A stretch of 64,000 bases of DNA, taken from the human T2T-CHM13v2.0 reference genome, Homo sapiens. Both the position numbers and the translations under genes were made by a program. The stretch is taken from assembly GCF_009914755.1 (NCBI RefSeq), contig NC_060935.1; one strand, given 5' to 3'. Below, in pieces: positions 1 to 14,329 of this stretch (its first letter is position 1; every line of letters starts with the position of its first letter). Below the pieces are notes generated by a model, which saw nothing but the letters and a program-made list of their open reading frames with translations, made no database searches and had not been told where the DNA came from.

Positions 1-1010
<1,010 letters not shown>

Positions 1011-1714
1011 AAACAATACTCCATGAACCAGAAAACAAAATTATCCTATTGTTCACCAACAGAAAAAAAAAGTGGAATTTTTTTATTGTTTAATATTTCT
1101 TTCCTCATGTCATAGGCAAATGACAAACTTTTGGGTATCCGATGTTGGCTAGAAAAATTCTTTCTTGCCCCAAAGAAAGCCAGTGCTGATACTGAAGTTG
1201 TCTAGAAGATCTATGTGTTATTGAGAGATGACAGGATGCTCAGTGAATTTCCCAACAAGTGCCTAAGTAGGCAGGCAGAACTGGGCAGAGAATATGATTT
1301 CACTGGCTGGCCGTGGGCTGGACACTGTGGCAGATGTTGAAGACAGTAGGTGCCTCGTTTTCTCCACTCAGCAGCCTTGTGAAGAGTATTCTCCTTTGAA
1401 AGATAGCAGTGTGGAGGAATAGAAAACTTAAATAACTTTCCCAACACAGCAAGAAATTAGGAGAACTGACATTCAACATACAGATTACTCCAACTCACAC
1501 ATTACTCAAAACTTGCCTGCTTCCATCAGAAGGTTTGAGTCAGGGGATATTATTTATTCTAGTATTAGAAGAATCCAGAAGAATCCAAGTTATACTTGTT
1601 TATGCTAACCCAAGTATAATCTGGTATCTCTGGAGGGACCAAATTAACCCCAAATGCTGATCGTACTGTGCTAACTCAAACGGAAACTGGATTTAAAAAT
1701 CATAGCAGCTAGGA

Positions 1715-1830
1715 TATAGTAGGTGCTTATCATATGCTAAGTGTCTCATAGGAATTAACTCATTTAATCCATATTGAAACCCTCTGAGATAGAGACCATT
1801 ATTTCTATCTGACAAGTGAGGAAACTGAGC
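1715..1830 (-). mobile_element. MIR fragment
   Basis: 'ctcatttaatcc...tgagatag...attatt...gaggaaactgag' MIR core. Confidence 0.65.
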
Positions 1831-4800
1831 ATGAATGAACAAGTGAATATTACTGAATGAGTCAATTAATGAAGATGGAAACGCGGGCAAGGACCAGTAC
1901 AAAGCACAAGACTGAAAACGTACATACAGAAGAGCTACCCTTTGCAGACAGTGTTTGAGAAGGGCCTCTGACTTCTCCTCTTGACTCATCTCCTGAGGAA
2001 AAGCAAAATGGTCAGAGACCTAAGGGCAAAAGATCATGCTTCTAAATCTCCTGTCCGGTGTTGGCCTACATTAGCAGCCTCATGTCTCAGCTCCAATGGG
2101 ATCCTTCATTTCTGCCTGCTTTTACTGAGCATATTGATAGAATTCAACAGAATCCTTTCTGTTTTTGGGGGTTTGCTTTGGTTTTCTGGTTATAGTCAAA
2201 ATCCATCAGGTAAAAACCTTCCTCTTTTAGAATTAAAGTTCACAGACTCTATTTTTCTCATGTGTTTCTCATAAATGGTTTGGATCCTCTCATTTGGGGT
2301 CCACATCTCTCTATACTTGTTATTAACTGTGTATTAATAATATACTTTTAATATTACCTCTACTTTTTAATATTGTGTATTGGTAACCCAGATTTCAGCC
2401 CACACATTATAGGCAGAGAAAAAAAATTGCTACATTAGCATTTACTATAGCACAATGAATCCGGACTTGTCAGCGTGTATGGCACCGCTGGTTTGCAATA
2501 GCCGAATAGAATCTTATGGGATTACTCTTTTCCCCCAATCTGTATTATTTTCATGTGGGTATGTTGCATTTGTACCAGTTCATGTACTGCTCCTTTATAT
2601 TCATCAATTTAGCCTATATCATGTTTTTTAATCACTTGCCCATAAGGTTACTGCACATCTGGTGTTTCTTCCAATTACTATAGAGATCAAAGTTAAACCA
2701 TGCCAACTTCTCTGAGCTTTTTGATTTCCCCATATGGTAAGTACGTGATTCATAAGTTCATCTCAACATACCCATAAAGCGGTGTTGGACTCTATTCTCT
2801 AGCTAAATGGAATCATCCTGCCTTGACATGTAAGGTTAGGACTGGCAGAGCACGTGAAATACCAAACAGTGGCCTTGATTTGATTAACCAGCTCACAGCA
2901 TGAGCCCCTCCCTGCACTGGGACATGCTACCCTGCAGTGTCGGTTCACCAGGATGCCTTCTGCAGTTCTCAATTATCATCAACCTCTTTCTACTTGCTCT
3001 TTCCTCTGCAAATATCAGAATCTAAAATCATAATGCCCAATTACAGACAACACCAGGAGGTGCTGGCTCATGGATAGAACCCAGAGAGATTTCTAAAGAG
3101 ATTCATTTGCAGAACATAACCAGGAGGAGCAGAGGTTTAGGAGCGGTTGCCTTCCTCTAAAGAATTCTGCCTCTCTATCTTTTCCCTTAAATTGTACATG
3201 TGTCATACCTTTCTAAGGACAAGAAACATACACGCGTGCTTTCTTCAAAGTGAAAAGGGGAAATATGTTTTAATATAAAACTACAAGGGAATGCATCTCT
3301 TTTCCCCCAGCAGTCTTGATATTCAGCAATATTGAGGAAAGGAAGTGCAGAAGAAGCAGAACTAAATTCAATAGTTTTGATGCAATAGGATATATTTAGA
3401 ATATGTCTATGTGAGGCAAGGTCTCTTTAAGTTCAGAATCAAATTTCTCCCACCTGCTTTTTTTTTTCTTATAACTGAGCTACCGTCATACACTCAGATA
3501 ATGAAGGCTTAATTTTGCTCACTGACTCGTATATCCCAGTATCATAAACCTGTCTCAGTACATGTACATGAAAGCAATTGGGCAAATCACAGCAATTACA
3601 CTTGGCATTAAAAAAAGAAGATCCACATGAAATACAAGAGGAAATTTCAAAAGCATAAGGTTAATACAACTCACTATCGCCCAATGAACAGAAGTCCAAA
3701 CTCCAAACAACAAATTTGTGTTTCAATGCTCATTTAGCAGACAATGAAAGGCAGTGATTCAACTCTTGGAAGAAACCAGGTAAAATGATTTTCAGTCAAA
3801 GGGGAATAATCTACATTCATAAGCCCACAGGTGATGAGGCACCCCCACCATAGCTCCATCACAGGCGATGAGAACTGCTATTTTCAGCCTCATTAATGCA
3901 GCTGTGTCAGTTTGTAGGTGAATCAGTCTTGCTTCATCAGACACATCAACAGCCAGAATCCACACTGCCATTTTCCCTCTACTTAGACATATTTTCTTAA
4001 TTGCCATCTTTAAATAGACTTGCTTCCTCCTGCCTCTCCAAACCCATCCATCATAACTGGTAATAGGGCCAGGAATGACCACTCGAGTCATTTTCACTTG
4101 ACCCTCTCTCCTGACTCCCTCTCCCCCATTCAGCATCCCCCAACACAACTCTTCCCCCTTTTCTTCCCTCTCTTCAAGTTTCAAACACTTTAAAGTTAGG
4201 CTGTCAAATTTGTATAAGCACAGAAAGCCCTGTACAAACCTTGTGGCAATAGAGATCTTTATTGTCATTCAAGGAGTTTTCTTTTTGTCCTGTCTTACAA
4301 AATGTGGTCATTAAACAGCAATCACTTTGTCTTTCCCAGTGCACCTCCTGTCTTCCCTCTTCATTTTCCTTCTTTTGCTGTCTCTGGGGCTCCAGCAACC
4401 TCTTACCCTCCCTTCAAGGAGAAGCAGGCATGCCTCAAGTCCATCGCACAATGCTTACCTCTCTTGTGGGACATTTGCTGCATGACAACTCTGGTTCAAA
4501 GAATGACTGTGTGTCTGGTGGTCCTGTTGAACCACAGCCTTCTACCTGCAAGGCTTTCAGTAGTAAAGGAATCCCTAGTCACATCCCAGAAGTCTACAAC
4601 CTTCAGCATCATCAAAAGGCAGTTAAGCATCTAATTACATGTTCCTTCCCAACCTCTTTTTTTTTTTTTGCTTTTATTTTAATGAAAAAAAAAAAATGAT
4701 AGTGTACTTAAACTTACAGAACGAACAGTCCAAAGTAAAGGAAGAAAAGGTTAAACCAACATTCTTTAAAGCTGGAAGCCTAAACCTCAAATCATAATGA

Positions 4801-5106
4801 AAGAGACCTAGACTATGTTAAACTTTAGAATCTTTCTCTGACTTCCTCATTCCAACCAAAGAATAGATATCCTTCATTTACGGACAATTATTCTGCTTAT
4901 CTGGGCCATGAACAGACTTCTGAAATGATGTGCAACTTACATGCACACACATACATCTCAATAGCATTAATCAGATTTTCCAAAAAAGCCAATGCTTTCT
5001 TTTTTAACAAAAGCTCAAAGAAACAAAAACGTGAAAAAAATGATTCATACATATGCCTAATCATGTATGCTTTTTACAATTTGCAGTGAGCAGGACTTTT
5101 CAAATA

Positions 5107-6266
5107 CGGTCATGTGTCACTTACTAGCTGAGATACATTAGATTCCATCTTTTTGTAGGCTCAACAGAGTGTACATACACACACTAAATGGCATAGCCTA
5201 CTGCACACCTAGGCTACACGGGAGAGCCTGTCACTCCTAGGCTACAAGCCTGTACGGCACGTAACTGAATATTACAGGCAACTGTAACACAATGGTAAGT
5301 ATTTGTGCAACTAAGCTTATCTAAACATAGAAAAATTACAGTAAAAAATGTGATAAAAAGATTTTTTTTTAAATAATACACCTGTATAGAACATCTAACA
5401 TGAATGGAGCTTGCAGGACTGGAAGGTGCTCTGGCTAAGTCAGTCAGTGAGTGGTGAGTGGACATTACCAGTTAGTACCGGGGACTTTATAAACACTACT
5501 CAGGCTTCACTACATTTAACTTTTTAAATTTTCTTTCTTCAATAATAAACTAATCTTCGCATTATGTAACTTTTAAAATATATATAGTTTAATTTTTTAA
5601 CTTTTTTGTAATAACACGGCTTAAAATACAAATTTGTACATCACAGCTGTACATATATTTCCTTTCTTTATATCCTATTCTATAAGCTTCTTATATTTTC
5701 TCTGTTTTCACTTTTTAGTCTGTTTTGTTAAAAACTAAGACACAAACACGCACATTAGCCGAGGCCTGCACAGGGTCAGGATGATCACTATCACTGTCCT
5801 TCACCTCCGTATCTCATCCCACTCCAAGAGCTTCAGGGGCAATAACACGCATGGAGCTGTCATCTCCGGTGCTAACAATGCCTTCTTCTAGATACCTCCT
5901 GAAGGCCCTGCCTGAGGCTGTTTTACAGTGAACTTCTTTTTAATAAGTAGAAAGAGTACTCTCTAAAATAATGATAAAAGGTGTGGTGATGTAAATACAT
6001 AAACCAGTAATAGTCATTTATCATCACTATAAAGCTTAATGTGCCTTACATAATTGTATGTGCTCTAACTTCATAAGACTGGCAGCACAGTAGATTTGTT
6101 TACACCAGCATCACTACAAAAATGGGAGTGGTGTGTTGCATTACAATATGACAATAGCTATGATGTCACTAGGCCATAGGAATTTTTCAGCTCCATTATA
6201 ATCATATGGGACCACCATTGTATATATGCACCCCATCATTGACTGAAACATCGTTACGCAGCACTG
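5107..6266 (-). mobile_element. Tigger3b-like non-autonomous DNA transposon, ~1.16 kb
   Basis: TIR-like ends cggtcatg... and ...gcactg; TA on both flanks (5105-5106, 6267-6268); internal 'tagcctactgcacacctaggcta'. Confidence 0.85.
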
Positions 6267-6819
6267 TATTTAAAGGCAAGGTAATCCAGTAAGAGCATTT
6301 AGGATGGAACTACAGTTTAGGGAAGAAGAGTTTAATCAGAAAGAGAAATGAAGTATGCAATAGCAAAAACACCAGTTCATTCTGGCACAAAAAGTATTAA
6401 TAGTTTAGAACAAAAAAGAGATGCTAACTCTTGACCTATGGGTGCCCTTCTTATAGACAATTTTTGAGTAAAGATTATGAGACTTAATGAATTGTTATTT
6501 TACTTTTCTTGGTCGTTAAATTTTGGCTCATAGCTCCTTTTCTGAGAAGTTGGCTGATGTTTGATTATAATCCATTTAAAAAGCAATGGGCCTTCTTTGT
6601 AAACAGGCAAAGGAAGAGAATTACCTATTGAGAGAGGAGATAGAGCCAAAATACCTTTAAGGACTTTGGGATTCAACTTTAACCTTTTTGTTCCACTCAT
6701 ACCACCTTGTTAAAATTTTACCAGTGCAATGACATTAATATTATTGAAAACAGACTTGGGAGAACTCCCTCCCCAGTCCGCGAATGCTAAGTCCCATCTG
6801 AATACTAGGCGTAAGCTTC

Positions 6820-7276
6820 TGTATTCATTTCCTGGGGCTGCTGTCACAAAGCACCATCAACTGGATGGCTTCACACAGTTCTGAAGGGTAGAAGTCCAAA
6901 CCAAGGTGTTGGCAGGGCCATGCCCCTCTGAAGCCTCTAGGGGAGGGTCCCTCCTTGCCTCTTCTAGCATGCGACAGCCCCAGGCCTTCTTTGGCCTGCG
7001 GCAGCACAGTTCTAATATCTGCCTCTGTCTTTACAGACTGTCTTCCCTCTGAGTCTGTGTCTTCACATGACATTCTCATCTCTTTGTGCATCTGTGTCCA
7101 AACTCCCTTCTTCTTATAAGGGTATTAGCCATATTGGATTAGGATGAACCCTGATGACCTCATTTTAACTCGATCACACCTGCAAAGACCGGATTTCCAA
7201 ATAAGGTCACATTCACAGGCAAGAGAGCGTAGGACTTCAACATATCTTTTTGGGGAACACCATTTCACCCATAACA
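6820..7276 (-). mobile_element. MLT1 (MLT1C-like) MaLR solo LTR
   Basis: Begins tgtattcatttcctggggctgctg, ends ttcacccataaca; 457 bp. Confidence 0.85.
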
Positions 7277-9469
7277 CCTTGGTAGCTGAAACATTTAGCA
7301 GTGCAATGACATTAAGATTAAAAAGACACATTTGGGGTTGTAAATATGCTACTGTGAAGTTTGTAATTACAAGGAGAGGTCAATTAGCCCCTCAAGGCTA
7401 AGTCCCCCGGGTGGTGGCACTTTGTAAAAAAAAAAAAAAAACATGGAAAGGAGGGGGACCACCAGCTTGCCAGAGCCAGGACTTCTACTCTGCAGGGTCA
7501 TAAAATTGATTTCATCAGCTCCACAAAGGTGGCCAGGCTGAGGAGGATTGATTCATGCCCACCTAACTGACACAAGACAGATTTATAAACCAGCATGATG
7601 GCATATTCACTGCCAGTGAAGAGCCTCCTTGGCATGAGAGAGGTTTCATATTCTCTGGCCATGCCTTTCTCCTGGGCACATCCACTCAGGAGAGCAGACT
7701 GTAGATCAGCAGACTGCTGCGGAAGTGTGGGGTTAGTACAAACGAAGTGAGAAATGTCCTTAAAAATACCACCAAGTTACAAAGTGGAAAGAATTGCATT
7801 CTCCCTTTCAGGAATATTATGATTAAATCAGAAGTCAGTACTGAGTACACAGAAAGCACTTAATAATGCCTCCTGAATACATTAATGAACTGAGACCAGT
7901 TGTCTAGAACCAGAGTCTGTCTCTCCCTAGTCAGTACCAGTGGTGACAGTTTTCTGTTCTCAGTTTGCTTTTTCTAGATGCCAAGCAGCATTTACAATTT
8001 GCATTTGTTCTTGCATTATAGGGGAATGTCATCTGTCTCTACCCCCAACTTACAATCAAGTCATGGTGGGATACCTGTGTTTTACTTATTTGTGAATCCC
8101 TGGACCCTAGAAGAGGCCCTAACACACAGGAAACATCTTTCACCACCTTGCTTTTGATGGCCACATACAACTCAAATGCATTATGTCAAAGTCCAAGTGA
8201 ACGGCGGTGCCCTTATGCCTCTTTCTTCTCTTTGTCACCTCTCTTTGATGGTGACACCACTGTAGACTAAATATCTGATCTTAAAAAAATCCAGAACATC
8301 GTCCTGTATCACTTTCTCTTCATTTCCTATCAATAATCAGGTGGGCCTTTACATGTGCTGTCTACTTACAAATGTCCATTTTTGTTGTTGTTGTTCCATG
8401 TTCTCTATCCTTTGGTTGGGAAATGGAAAGTGGAAGAAATTCGCTCTCTAAAATTGGATCCCAGCATGCCCATCCATGTGCTGAATACTGGTTCCTGAAT
8501 CAGGGTAGGTGGTAAGAGATGTATTTCAAAATGCGAAATTAACAGTGAGAACATAAACGGCCTCCATGTTTCAACAGGGAACTTAGGCAGACATATCTGA
8601 AAAGCTTACAGGATTAGACACCTGTATCCATGGTGTCTAATCCACAGATAAACATTATGTTGGCTTTTCCCAAATAATGAAAAATACACAAAGAAAAATG
8701 CTGAACAGAATCTCATCAGTGTTAGAAAAATAATACCCTGCCTGCTCAGCATTATCTGTTATGTGAGAGTGTGTTCTACAGAGAATTATTTGTACAGCAT
8801 GAGCCAGCTCTAGTAGCCCGGTGTGACTTCCGTCCCCTCAGGATTCTCTGAGAAATAACATAACTGTCTTAAGGCTCTGAAGTTCAAGACGTATATGATA
8901 TGTGCATATGAGATTTTAATGGCAATAATTAAAATATTACAACTTTTAGGGGAACCGCTGGTGTTACTTCATCTGCTAGAGGATAAATTTAACCTCATTG
9001 GATTATGACAGCTCAAATCAAGAGTTTTACGAATATTACACTAGCATGAGTCCTCTTTTCATCTTTTGGTCGCCATTATATTATCTGCTAATATTTGTTC
9101 TATATTAATACAGACATCAAAGGACAGATAAATCCAACCACTGTGAGCTAGAGGCAAGGATATGTACGGCATGACTGAACAAGACACGAAATTTATTTAA
9201 GCCCCAGCGGAAAAATCAATGGGTAAGGAAAATCTAGACCACGGAAAAGAGCAGGGGGTGGTGCTGTGAGTGTCGGGCAGGGAGAGGTGAAAGCGCTGGC
9301 ATCAGAGAAGGCAGATGTAGAGGTAGTTTTGGAATCCATTTGATAACCAGTGATCCTACATATGTAAATGCCAAAGGAGCCACAAGAAAATCAAGTGAAC
9401 GATCACAGAGGGAAAGTGCGTGAGACCAAAAAACGAGAAGTGGAAGTGTTTAAAACAGTAATCGGTCTG

Positions 9470-9784
9470 GGCTGGATGCAGTGGCTCATGCCTGTAATCC
9501 CAGCACTTTGAAAGGCCAAGTCGGGTGGATCACCTGAGGTCGGGAGTTCGAGACCAGCCTGACCAACATGGAGAAACCCCGTCTCTACTAAAAATACAAA
9601 ATTAGCTGGGAGTGGTGGTGCATGCCTGTAATTACAGCTACTCGGGAGGCTGAGGCAGGAGAATCTCTTGAATCTGGGAGGCAGAGGTTGCGGTGACCGA
9701 GATCGCGCCATTGCACTCCAGCCTGGGCAACAAGAGCAAAATTCCATCTCAAAAACAAACAAGCAAACAAACAAACAAACAAAC
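9470..9784 (+). mobile_element. AluSp with (AAAC)n tail
   Basis: Diagnostic 'gtcgggagttcgagaccagcctgaccaacatggagaaa' and 'caacaagagc'; TSD aaaacagtaatc at 9452-9463 and 9785-9796. Confidence 0.95.
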
Positions 9785-10614
9785 AAAACAGTAATCATGA
9801 CATCCTAAGAAGAGAAGAGACTTTCAGTGGCCTTCTACTTCCTTCACTTATCCATGGACCCATTGTGTCATGTTTCCATCTAGCCACTGGTTTATCAAAT
9901 AATAACCAAGACTCCACAGTCAGCATCTGTCCTAAAACCTAGCTATAGGGGGAAAACGATAGGACCTGCTCCTCGAGGAATGCACTGTCCAAGAGGAGGT
10001 GAAGAAAAATATGTTAACAAACCAGAGAAAGAAAAAGCATGGGTCAACGACATACATACAAAGGTGTGCAGGGGACAGGTGTGCACATCAGCAAGGGGCC
10101 AAGGTCAGTTCTCCCTGGGGAGAGGAAACAGGAAAGACTCCACAGAGGAGATGACTCCAGTGCTAAGACTGGAAGACAAGTAGGCGTCCATGAGGCAGAC
10201 TGGATGGACAGGGCATGGCGGGGGAAGGCGGGCGTCTGAGTGGAGGACCACTGTGAAGCCTCAGGAGCTAAGCGGGTCAGTACCAAGACAGGCCCTCCCT
10301 CCTCCCTCACTGCTCAGGGTCTCTGTAAACACTCGATCTTCTCCTGCCTTTGAAGGCTGGGGGGCCTCACGTTCAATGCCAGGCCGCTGTCACGTCATCC
10401 TAGTTTAATTTCCTTTATAGGATTTATGTAACCTTATGATATGTTTCTGGTTTATTTATTTGTTTACAGATTGCATACGGCCCACCTTGCCCTACTAATT
10501 TGTATACATGCTGAGAGGAAGACACTTGTCCATCATGTTCACTCTGGTATTTTCATGCCTAAAATATTCTGGCTAAATGGGAGGTTTCCAGCAAATACAA
10601 ACTAAATAACAAAA

Positions 10615-10870
10615 CTTGTTTATTAAAGCCTACTGTGGGCCAGGCACCATTTGGGGCCTAGGTAATATGGTCCTTGCCCTCATGGTATTAACGGTCAAGA
10701 GAAACAAGGCAATTAATAAGCAAATAAAAATAAATAAATTTGAATAGCAGTATATTCTGCGAAGAAAATGAAACTAATGGAATAAACTAAAGGGAGTAAG
10801 GGTTGACAGGGCTACTAAGCTACATAGGGTAGTTAAGAAAAGTAGTTCCAAAAGATGTATGTCAAGCAGA
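10615..10870 (-). mobile_element. L2 3'-end fragment
   Basis: 'tttattaaagcctactgtgggccaggcacc...ggtccttgccctcatgg'. Confidence 0.55.
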
Positions 10871-11284
10871 CATTTGGCCTGGATAAATGACACAGATCCT
10901 GCCTACAAGTAATTCACAATACTACAGAAGAACCGCCTGTCCAATGGCAATGTTGGAGACAGAACTAACAGTTGTGAAAATGGATTAATAACTTTATTAT
11001 ATAAGACTCTTGAAAGCATTGCTGGCATAATTTTATTTCTGATATATGTATGGTATAACACAGTCACAAGCTGCTATAATAAATTCATTTTCAGAAAATC
11101 GACTTTTAAAATTTATTTTTTTATTGTGCAAGGACTACATTAATGCATACCCATTGCCAAAGAGCTGAACACCACAGAAGTTTGCAAAGTAAGAGAGTGG
11201 AAGTTTAGAGATCAGAGTCATTCATGGCACGGCCGCCGCCCTATGAGGAAGCAGCAAAGCTCCCTGGGAAGCCTGTCTCAGGAG

Positions 11285-11295
11285 ATGAGTCAGCA
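11285..11295 (+). promoter_or_regulatory. NRF2/BACH1-small MAF (ARE/MARE) motif ATGAGTCAGCA
   Basis: Exact match to RTGASTCAGCA; function unproven. Confidence 0.3.
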
Positions 11296-12969
11296 CCAGG
11301 CACTGAGCACCCCCGAAGATGGGAAACAGTAGAGCCGATATATGCTTGTTAATTTGTGGCAGGAAGGAGGTCCTTAAGAATTTGTTCTAGAACATTACCA
11401 AGTGCACACCAACAGAGAAAAGTGTTGCTGGAATATTTCTCTGCAATACACTTTCCCGTGAACAGGAAAACTGGCCTCGGGAGGAAACAAGGGGCATGAG
11501 CTGTTTAGCCTCCCAAACACCGCATTTTCCTCAACAGAAAATTCACAGAGGAGACATCCACTTGTATTTCCCCACAGGGAAAGCATTTTCATCACCTTCA
11601 TAGCCTTAGAAACCCTGTTTGTCTTGTCAGAAAAAAACAGACCTAGCAGAGTGGTAATGAGAATCTTGGAACGGCCTTGGGAAATCAGGTGGGACACAGG
11701 CCTGAGCCCCACTCACGGGCTGCATGACATTTTATCTCGGCAGAGAGGAGCGACAGGGGAACGCTAGAACCCTGACTTCATTGACTGGAGCTGGTGAAGA
11801 TCGGAACCGCAAGCATGAAAGCTGAACACCAGGGCCCAAGGACAAACTCGCGACTCCTTCCCATATGGGAGGCGCTTGGCTGCAATGGCCGCTTTCCTTA
11901 ATTTTCCAGCATGCTTAAATTAGGTTTGCTAGAGCTTTATAATAAGTTTGTGCAGGAGGCTAATTAAATGCTTCTTGCCACCCATTCCATATCAATTCCA
12001 CGTGAAATGAGGACAAGGCTGGAGAGGACTGTTCCTGCAGTCTCCAGGGCTGACCCACCACACTGCTGTTGTTGACGCTGATTATTTAATCTGAAATCCT
12101 TCCTCCACTGAACTTCCCTCCTCCCTCTCACTCTCTGAATAAAATACGGATCAGATGCTGCAACATTGCTATTCTTAGGAGCAACAGATGCAAATATGGT
12201 TGCTTTTTCAATTATTCGGCAACTGATCTGATGGTTCCAAGACAGAAGCTAATTAAAATCTAATTGAAATAAAATCATTTCCAATTCTGTCTCTCCCTTC
12301 GTCGACTGCCTGAGTGGAGGGTTTCTTGCTTTGTGGACAGAGTGTCTTCCGTCCCATTAAGACTTCCTTCGGCTTTGTAAATAGCCATTTGTGATTATAT
12401 CATAAAGTGTCTTGGTTTGCTGGGAGGAGGTCCAGGCGGGGAGGAGAAAGCCCCTGGGAAAATCACAGGAAGGATATTTACAGTGAAAATGGGAGGCAAA
12501 AATAAAGAAATGAGGACAGTGGAGGAAAAATACATGAGAACAGGGGCCACAGCAGCCATCAGACAATTTAGGATAAGAAGGGACAGGGAGGCAGGGAAGC
12601 CACAGAGCCTGACACAAAACTTCTGACGGCATTTAGCTTGCATGTGTAGGGTTGGCCTCCCCTGGGTGTTTTTCAGATATGGCAAGTAGTCACCGATATT
12701 TAAAGATCAGAACATTTTACTTAAATATTCAGATTTCTGGTTGCCTTTGAAATATTAGAAAAATGCAGCAGCCCTGTGTCCGAATTCCCAGGGCAGCAGC
12801 TGACGGGGCCCCAAAGCAGCTGCCCCTTTGCTGAGGTGGAAGGCGCTGGGCCCAGGCTTGCCAGTTCCCACTGGGCCCGTTTTGCTCATTCTCATTCATA
12901 TTGGCCCTGCAGGAATCTGAGTTTGAAGTTCTGCTAGTGGGTGGAAAGCCCTTTAGAGTCAAAAGATAT

Positions 12970-13095
12970 AGGTTTGAATCAGTCCTCTGCTACTGATAAT
13001 GGGGGCACATGGGGCAAGTATTTTAACATCCCTAAACCTCATTTCCCTAATCCACAGAAAGGGTGTCATAAAATTATTATCACAAGGTTGCTCAA
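12970..13095 (+). mobile_element. MIR fragment
   Basis: 'ggtttgaatc...ggggcaagtattttaacatccctaaacctcatttcc'. Confidence 0.6.
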
Positions 13096-13399
13096 TCCGA
13101 AGCGTTAATCTGTCTTTAAATGCTCAGGAAATTACACAACGTTATTCACATTCGCTTTTATAATTTTATCCTTTTTTCCTTATGAAGGGTGGGAATTCTT
13201 TTTCAGGAGAACAGTAGGAAATAGAACCATTGGAGAGGCTGGAGAATGCTCGTTAGAAAAATGTTGATGAGGCCGCTGAAAAAAACCCCACACAGCAGCG
13301 CCAGGCCAGGAAGGGAAGAACGTAGTGAGAGGGAAGCAGATGCGGCAAAAAGAAGAGCCCAGGGCCCAGGTGGACCTCCAGAGCGAGCTCACATGGGAC

Positions 13400-13577
13400 A
13401 CTGCCTCTCAGGGGCTGTGTGATCTTAGGGATGTTCTGTAACTTCTCTAACCTCAGAGTCGTCATCGTTCAAGAGGGAAAAAGAATACCTATCCCATAAG
13501 GCTGTTTGCAAATGGAGGGAGAAACGTGCCTATAAAGTGCCTGGCACAAGTAAGGGTTCTATAAGCATTAGCCGTTA
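13400..13577 (+). mobile_element. MIR fragment
   Basis: 'gctgtgtgatcttaggg...aacttctctaacctcag...aatacctatcccataagg'. Confidence 0.6.
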
Positions 13578-14038
13578 AAGCAGCCATTAACAAATGCTGC
13601 AAGCAATTATCCAAGACTTCGCACTGTGCTAGGGTGAGAGTACTCCCCACAACCCGAAGTGCCGCACTCTTGTCCTTTTTGAAAATATGATGCAGAAGTT
13701 TATAATTTCTTACCTAGCACTTACTGACCCCCCGGCCCCCACTAATTATTCCTTTCACTAAAGAAGAGAATGGAAAGACAAAGTCTAATTGAGGAGCAGG
13801 AGAGTAAACAGCAGTTGTGAACTTTCAAGACCTAGATGATCTCTAGCCCACTGTAGAGGGCCAGGCCTGCCAAGGCCCAGGGGGGTTAAAAATGAGATTC
13901 TTTGTAACTGTCAATCAAAACATTCAAAGATTCCCCCGGGCTAGGGGAGGAAGAAAAGTGTGTCCCTCAAAAATACAATCTACCTTCAGTTGAGGATAGG
14001 CAACACCCATGTTAACCATTTAGAATAACTCCTTTTGA

Positions 14039-14296
14039 GGACGGGCCTGGTGGCTCACACCTGTAATCCCAGCATGTTGGGAGGTCAAGGAGTTCGAGAC
14101 CAGCCTGGCCAACATGGTGAAACCCCATCTCTCCTAAAAATATAAAAATTAGCCAGGTGTGGTGGTGAGAGCCTGTAATGCCAGCTATTCGGGAAGCTGA
14201 GGTAGGAGAATCCCTTGAACCTGGGAGCAAGAGGTTTCAGTGAACCAAGATTGTACCATTGCACTCCAGCCTGGGTGACAGAATGACACTCTATCT

Positions 14297-14327
<31 letters not shown>
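14039..14327 (+). mobile_element. AluS with ~23-nt left-arm deletion and A30 tail
   Basis: Perfect 17-bp TSD agaataactccttttga at 14022-14038 and 14327-14343. Confidence 0.95.

Positions 14328-14329
<2 letters not shown>

Noticed and set aside
3792-4699. Longest ORFs (158 aa and 145 aa), considered as a gene or pseudogene
   Set aside because: No recognisable domain, overlapping frames on both strands, no poly(A)/TSD pair
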